Source: Macrostomum lignano (taxonomy: Eukaryota). From it: a DNA stretch of 64,000 nucleotides. The first letter of the stretch is position 1; each line of letters starts with the position of its first letter. A program made the position numbers and the translations under genes. Positions 56,671 through 64,000 of this stretch are shown here, in pieces. The stretch covers positions 434,001 to 498,000 of the forward strand of contig NIVC01000414.1 in assembly GCA_002269645.1 (NCBI GenBank). Direction: 5' to 3'. Below the pieces are notes generated by a model. That model did not search any database. It saw only the letters and a list, made by a program, of their open reading frames with translations, and was not told the DNA's origin.

Positions 56671-57726
56671 GACAGCACCCTCCTTATTCTCCGCTCCCAG
56701 CTTGCTTCGGATACATTTAATTTTTCCCTTTAATCTTGGAGAATATCTCTGACACCATCTGCTCAGCTTCTCAACTCGGAGATTCTGCATACCGGTAGAA
56801 ATTCTCCTCGTTCCAGGGGAAAAACACATACATTTCCATGAAGTAATGAAATTGTCCCAAATTCTACCCGTACAAGAACGACTTGAGCATACGCTTAGCA
56901 ACGTGTTAAAGTTTCTACCCCGATACCAGTTCATCAGGACTGAGAGTGGCAGCTTTAATCCAACTCTAGCTATGACTCTCCGGTTCTCTTCTAACCAGCC
57001 CAAGCCAGGGCCTTGTGACGCTAATTGCATCACACACAGTTGACAAGAGAACTGCAGACGTGGTACTGACAGAAATTGACCGCTGGTTCCGGGATGGAAA
57101 CTTTACCACCTTGCTGAGTGTATAATAGTGCCGCATAAACTGTCCTAAAATGATTGTCTTTTTCCAACTTTGCAAATTACAATTTTTTGTGTTGAACTAC
57201 GTAGAAAGAAATTTTGCTTATATGGAAAATCATCGAATATAAGACAGAAAATCTATATTTTTTCCAACAAAGACAGCCTGTGTCTTTAATTACTATTTTG
57301 TCTGTAGTTAACCTAACCTAAAGTGTCAACTATATTTTTGTATCCAAAAATACACCAGGCGTAAAATCTGCTTCGAAGATTCGAACTTTACTATTAACAC
57401 TATAACCGTCTTTCGAGTTGAGCTGACACTTCAATTCGATGATTATAAACGGGAAATATCGACTCAGATAGATGCTGAATACTCGATGGAAATATTTACT
57501 ATCGGTCTCTATTGGTACGTCTGTGCGAAAAAAATAATCCAATGCATCCACTTCCCCGTCTGAATGGCGGCAGTTCGCTGCGAGTGAAAATCAGATCATT
57601 GAACTGAGCGAAACAATAGCAAAAAATTGCTTTTAAAACGCCATTCTCGCTGACGTAGCGCTGCATTCCTGATTTTCTGGTGCGATTTTTCTCCAAGCTA
57701 AGCGACTCGCGCGAAATTACCTCCCT

Positions 57727-59839
57727 ATGTCAGCCAACGGCGGCTACGACTTCGAGTTCAGCCAGTTCTGCTCAGGCAGCGCAAGCGGCAGCGGCAGCGG
57801 CACGGAGCGGCCGTCATCGAAGCAGCGCAACGCCGGGCTCGTCAGCGGAGCTTCGGCCGGCGGCAAGCAGTCTCCAAATCTGTCCGACATTCGAGCCGAG
57901 ACCAAGCGTCGTCAGGCATCAAGTTCGTCCAACAGGCGCAGCTGCATTCACCGAATCTTCACGGTGATCCTGTCTCACCTTGGAATTTTCTTTCTCATTG
58001 TTCTCTACCTGACCATGGGCGGCTTTCTGTTCAACTATCTTGAGGTGGTGAACGAAATCTCGGCCTGCGAGACTAAGTCGGACAAGTACGAATCCAAACG
58101 CAACGAAGCGGTGGACAGAGTCTACAACATCGCCCAGGGTGCCAACGCGTCCCTATCCAAGAGTGCTATACTTACTGAGCTGCAAACCTTCGCCGAGGAC
58201 GTGTACACCCTCGGAGTCGACCCCGGCGTTAACTGTAGCACCATCGGGGAGGCTGAAAACATGCCGAACTGGGCTTTGCCGAATAGCATCTATTTCTGCG
58301 CTACGATAATCACCACTATCGGTGAGTCGTTCTGCTCACCATGGTTTATGAAAAACAGTCTGCACAGAACCTTGAACAGAGCTTTGCTTTAAACTTAGAA
58401 GTCGAACCTTTGCCGTAGTTATTTTGGGTTCGAAGTCACTGTACGGCTGATCTCGATTCTTGATTTTGTTTCCGATTGTCCCCCGTGAGCAGTCCCAGCT
58501 TCGACCCCTGAAAACCAACTAATAACACAAACTATGCATTGAAGCTTCATTTATAGTATTATTCGATACGAAACTCCAGGCTACGGTCACATTGCGCCAG
58601 TTACCAAGTGGGGCCAAGTGATCTGCATGATTTACGCCGTGCTCGGCATTCCGCTCATGCTGCTGTTCCTCACCAAAATCGGCGGCCCAACTGCCACGCT
58701 GTTTCGCAGCTTCTACCTCAACATCTTCTGCTGCAAGTGCTTCATTACTAAAAGCACTTTTGGCAGGAGTTTAGCGGAAGCTGAGCTGCAGAGGCGCAAG
58801 GACGCAGAGATGGCTCGGACGGTTTCCGATAGCTCTGAGAAGCAGCCGCCTCCTAAGGTTAGTTTTAAGGGGCAGAGCAGTTCAGCGGTAAACGTGTCCG
58901 ATCCTGGGTTCGATTATGAGTTGTCATGAAATTCACACTCATGAGGCTCAAACCTAGAGAGAGTACTTGCGTGACGATTAGAAAGTCAGGGCCGCTTTAC
59001 ATCCTGTGTGAGCGTGTGCATGAGTGCGTGCCTGCGTACAGTATTAGCGCGCGTGTATGTGCTCAGAATTTAGGGGGGCGACGTCATCAAAGGCGTTTCG
59101 CCAGGGTGCTCACACTCTACAAGCGTTTCGTCAGTATACTATCTTTTCATCACTCCTATAAAAACTGAGTTAAATCAATACATAAATAAGCTTCATTTTT
59201 CTCAACAGGTCAGCTCGGTCGTTGTAGTTGACGACGATGACGATGATGATGGTTTCTATGACGACGGCGTGGTGAACATTCCCATCACGATCACTTTGTT
59301 GCTGTTGATTCTCTACATCCTACTCGGCGCTGCCGTTTTCCGCATCTGGGAAACTGAGTGGAGCATCGTTGAAGGCACTTACTTCTCTTTTATCACTCTG
59401 AGCACCATCGGCTTTGGGGACTACGTGCCCGGAAGGAATGGACCGTTTGACAATGTCAGTACATTAGATTCTGATTTCTGTACATATTTATTCGATGCGA
59501 GAACGTAGCAAAACCTGACTTTGATTTCAGATCAGCGTGGTGATCGAACTACTAATTGGAGCCGTGTACTGCGTTTTTGGCCTGGCCATGCTGTCAATGT
59601 GCATGAATCTCATTCAGGACGAGCTCACGGCTAAGCTGATGTGGCTCAGCCTGAAGCTGGGCATCAGCCAGCCGGAAGATTTCTATAGCGACGATTCGGA
59701 CAGCAGCAATTCGGACAGCGGCAGCGACGAGGACGCGGCTGGACGGCACGGCGGTGGAAACCGAACTCGATCGAATCGGACGAGGCGGTCTTCTGTCTCG
59801 CTGACACCCGGTGGAAGGAAGATTATCGTCAACGATTGA
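57727..59839 (+). CDS. K2P potassium channel 3, about 475 aa
   Basis: Exons 57727-58321, 58580-58857, 59209-59454, 59531-59839; TTIGYG and STIGFG filters. Confidence 0.92.
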
Positions 59840-62483
59840 TGCCAGAATTCGCCGCATTGATGCGTGACCGAAACACACACAGGAAACTGTCAGTACATGA
59901 ATTGGAGCTTTAATATTGTGGAAACTTGCTTGAAGCCACACCACTGTCGCATCTAAACGCATTAAATTGTGAAACAAAATCGGGCGTTCAAATGATTTTT
60001 TTGAGTTTTTAAGTGGTCCTTCGATGAGCAAGGCAAAAATATATTGTTGAGCATTGTCTGCAACGCTATGCTCAATTCACCCGAGCTACAGGAAGCAGTT
60101 GTTGCTGCGCTGCCCAAACAATTTTTGGCTTTCAAAATGATAATTATGGATTTGTGAGAGGCTTTCTGTAATCAGCTGCACATTTAATCTTAATTTCTGA
60201 TCCATAAGCAGCCGCATCATTTGTAGCATCTTGAAAAAGCAGAACTACTTGTAAATAGGAAAGATTCTGTCCCGAAAAGTACATATCAGATCCTAGCCCA
60301 GTGTTGAATAGCAGTAGCAGAAAGTCTGTCTTTTTCCCTTTCTGGGATCTGCATAATGCACTGGGAGGATAGGGATGGGGAGTTATCTGCTGCAGCCCCA
60401 GCTTCAACCCGCCTACCTGACTGCCTGCCTGCCTCCCCCATCCTCCCCACAGCGACGCTAAAAATATTGCTAAAAACTCAATTAGACGATACGAACAACT
60501 GATGTGCAGAAGGTGGATTGAAGAGGCGGAGATGGGGATGCCTTCTAAACTGCTCCTCCAGCTATTCCAGCGCTCGTCGGGCCCCCAGAGTGATGCTTTG
60601 TTTGTTGCCATGCCAACCTGTTGCAGCTGCAGGCGAGGCCGACGCTGCGCGATGGGGACGGGGGCTGAGGGAGAGACAATGGAATGCCAATGCCAGACAG
60701 ATAGCTATAGCAGGCAGGCTCGCTCCCACTCAGAGTGAAGTAGCGGCTTGGGAATAAGCAACTCGTAACTAATACACAACAACACAGCCCCTCAATACGA
60801 TTTGGCCTCCCAAAGCTCTCTCAGTCTATCCAACTATGCTTTGGCAGGTACTGCACTGGACAAGGTCGTCATGGATGGCTGCCACTCTGCAGCCAGCCGG
60901 TGAATAGGCTGTGTAGTGCCGCGATAAGTCGACAAACAAGAATTTATAGCATTTATCTTAGCGCTCAGAGCTTCAAGAGAAAATCAACTCAAGAATTGAA
61001 CACTACGAGATGTGGTTTCGACCTGGCTGGGATTTAGGCGTCTGACAATAAGTGGTCACAATAACCCTGTGTTTGATACCGTGTGCAGTCACATTAAGTA
61101 AAGTCTCGTATTGCCGAAAAAATTTGAGCTCAGACACCCGGTGCGAGTGTGTGCCTGCATACTTATCTGTGTGCTCCTGGGTCAGCGGAATGGAGGTGAA
61201 ACATTGATTTGCTGCCCTACTGCAAGCTAACAAACTAATATGCCACATCATAAAAAAATCATGATTTGCGATTTTTGTGCATACTACTCCAATTCCCCTA
61301 GACTGCTACTGTCAGTAGAAAATGAACAAATTTAGCACTTTTTTACTGTGAGAAGCAGTATTTCGAAGCAGCAAGTAAGGGTTTGCCTTGTAAATCAAGA
61401 GAACTTCACTTCAGGGCTGTCTCGTGAGACTGTATGGGAGAAAGATGCAAGCAACGGTAAGGCGGAAAAAGAGGCTTGTGGTAGCAGAAGACAAAATGAA
61501 CAAAAAATGTAACAGAGCAAGCAGGCCTATTCCAAAAGAAGCAATTCATAACCACCATGCAACACGTATTCTCATTTTCTTTGCTCAACAACTGATATGA
61601 GCCCAGCTTTTGCCACCTCTTGGACGTTTAGCATCCATCGGCCTATCAGAAAGGGATAGTGGCACCAACCAAGAACCAGAAGAGTCCACTAAGTCAAACT
61701 GTGCTTCCAGGTGCCAGAAGCCATCAGTGAAGATGTGAAATTTTTCTACTGCAAATTTCTACTCAAACAGTCCCAGTGTCGCATATAAGCGTAGAGTCGT
61801 ATCTTCTATTTAGAGAGCCATTCAATGCCATTAAACTCTAAATGCCACGTATTCTAGAAATCTAAAATTCAAATTTCTATCAGCTCATTTTAACTAAAAT
61901 TCACGCTTTGGTGTTTTCCCAGCTAAAAGCCGGAATAATGCAAACACGGCTCGAATTGACAGGAATTTGACACAGGCTAAACCAATATAGAACTTCTTCC
62001 ATGCAAAAGATTCCCGATACCCAGTGAAAAATGCATTTGCTGTGGGAAGCAGAGCACTAAAAGCGATTCGAATTGAGCGACATTGAAGACGAGAGTGAGA
62101 GACAGCTCTCGGCCAATGAGTCACTGTTGGAGGCCTCTTTCACAAAAGTTAGAAAATACTCACAAGGATTTATTTTTGTAAATTTGCTGGTACTTCGTAT
62201 TTCTACACTTTCTGGCTGGGCATCAAAAAGATTTAATTTAGGACAGATCTTTATTTTCTACGTGGTGGACATTTGAAAATACAGCAGATTAAAAATCGGA
62301 TCGAACATTTTCACCATGCACACTTTGCATATTAATTATAGATTTGAGTTGTGCGAAAGTGGAGCAGCTCTAATCGCTGGCGTCTGGAATGCAAAATTCT
62401 GAGAGTGTCTTGAATAAATATTTGGGTCAAGAACTTTTAACAAGAAACTACTTCACGAGCTAATTCACTAAATCATGACTTAG

Positions 62484-63177
62484 TATCGCTTTTGACGCTC
62501 TAGATAAGACTTTAGACATTCAAAATAAGACTGCATAGGATCGCAAGCAAGGCCAGGCTAGCCACGGCCAGAGCATGCCCAGTCTTGGCTGCAGGAATGG
62601 CTTGGCCATAGACTAAAAAATGGAATATCAAAATGAGAATAAGACGCTCAATATGAGACTGAGTGTGAAAGCCTTCAGATATCGCTCTAACCCTCTGACC
62701 CTCAGCCAGCTCTCCTTCTTCACCCCTTGGGTTGCATCTGACCCCTTGGATTTCACTGTGATGGCACCATCGATTCCTGCAGCAGACCGTCAGCGTCTGA
62801 TCGACGCAGTAAACAATGGATCAACCATCCAAGCTGCCGCTCAAATTCTCAAGATCAAGAGAGCGTCCGCCTTTAGGATCGCTGCGGACTAAATGGACTA
62901 AACATTTCGATATGCTATTCTGCTTCTTGTTTATTGCCTAATTTCTCCTTAGCTGTTTGTATGGTGACTGCCAAAAAGCAAATAAATTACGTTCACTCCC
63001 GGTCTCATATTGAGCGTCTTATTCACATTTTGATATTCCATTTTTTAGTCTATGGCCAAGCCATTCCTGCAGCCAAGACTGGGCTTGCTCTGGCCGTGGC
63101 TAGCCTGGCCTTGCTTGCGATCCTATGCAGTCTTATTTTGAATGCCTAAAGTCTTATCTAGAGCGTCAAAAGCGATA
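62484..63177 (+). mobile_element. Non-autonomous DNA transposon with 176-bp TIRs, TA ends and a 43-aa HTH micro-ORF (IS630-Tc1-mariner-like)
   Basis: 62484-62659 is the near-perfect reverse complement of 63002-63177; ORF 62761-62892 reads MAPSIPAADRQRLIDAVNNGSTIQAAAQILKIKRASAFRIAAD. Confidence 0.8.
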
Positions 63178-63376
63178 TTTGTTAAAGTGTTTGAATTGAA
63201 GTTCTGCTTGTTTCTTTTGAACAAGACTTTGTTCAAAATAGGAGGTAAAATGGTGTATACAATCTACCATTGTTTAGCAATTTGACGATCATTATTCACA
63301 TTTTTAATGCAGAACAATCCATTACTACAAACAATGCATTGTCTGTAGGATCGTTAAACAGAAAAACAATGCAAAG

Positions 63377-63475
63377 AATCAGCGGTCCCAGTGCGTGACA
63401 ACGATTGTCTGGCGAGCGCTCCGGCGATTCCGGCGCTCGCCAGACAATCGTTGTCACGCACTGGGACCGCTGATT
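63377..63475. other. Perfect 43-bp-stem hairpin with a 13-nt loop
   Basis: AATCAGCGGTCCCAGTGCGTGACAACGATTGTCTGGCGAGCGC at 63377-63419 and its exact reverse complement at 63433-63475. Confidence 0.9.
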
Positions 63476-64000
63476 ATTTATCCATTGTTAGTATCGGCTT
63501 GTGTGTGCGTCGGTATGCTGTCTTTTGCCAAACCCATAGAGTTGTAATGAGCAAAGGCAGCGTTAAAGAATAAATAAAAAAGAACGAAAGAAGGCAAAGT
63601 AAGCCCGCGAGAGCATGCAGCTTGATTGTCAAGTGAAAGTGATTCAATAATCGACTCCGAGCTAACATGCATGCTTTCAACTTGCAAGCCTATTTCTATT
63701 ACACTAATTTAATAAGTAGCAATTTACTGGGACAATACTATAGCTAATACGTACAATAGTCACTGTTTTAACACTTGGAAAACCATTGATTTGTATCTGG
63801 AGACATGGCTCAGTTCCTTCAGGCGTGTCAACAGGCAGTAGCTGTTCAATGAATGCATTATCTCAGAGGCAGCCAACTAAACCATCTCTTCATCGACACA
63901 TTGCGCTAATTGTATCGACTTTGGAAGCCATTCTATTCAGACCAGCAAACTCACCTTTCTGCTTCTGCATGTAAGTGACAATATAGTAACTGATGCTTTG

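Noticed and set aside
61600-61760. KFHIFTDG, resembling an RNase H start on the minus strand
   Set aside because: No further RNase H or RT motifs follow; probably chance.

Overview
Eukaryotic (metazoan) genomic DNA with GT-AG introns, GC-rich exons and a minisatellite in many introns. The style suggests a flatworm such as Macrostomum, which is inference only. The left half (1-35 kb, all genes on the minus strand) holds CLINT1/epsinR (7 exons), two intact GINS3/Psf3 copies and a 9-exon ankyrin-repeat gene. These sit in a tandem segmental duplication (1-6070 vs about 12745-26100), and the first exon of a second ankyrin paralog runs off the left edge. The right half (plus strand) holds LRRC72 (head-to-head with CLINT1), an intronless PDZ+3xLIM Enigma/Zasp gene and three tandem K2P potassium-channel genes. 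Mobile DNA includes a 5.6-kb APE-RT-RNaseH non-LTR element with a perfect TSD inside a satellite, a mariner, a deleted Tc1, a long-TIR element, Gypsy remnants (one TRIM-like), a Penelope fragment and two tRNA-derived SINEs. Two observations stand out. First, duplicated ankyrin exons differ almost only at binding-groove positions while the flanking intron is about 99% identical, suggesting a diversifying receptor. Second, neither GINS3 copy has an identifiable ATG and both begin at a phase-0 acceptor, as expected if a spliced-leader AUG supplies the start codon in an operon. All alignments were done by eye.
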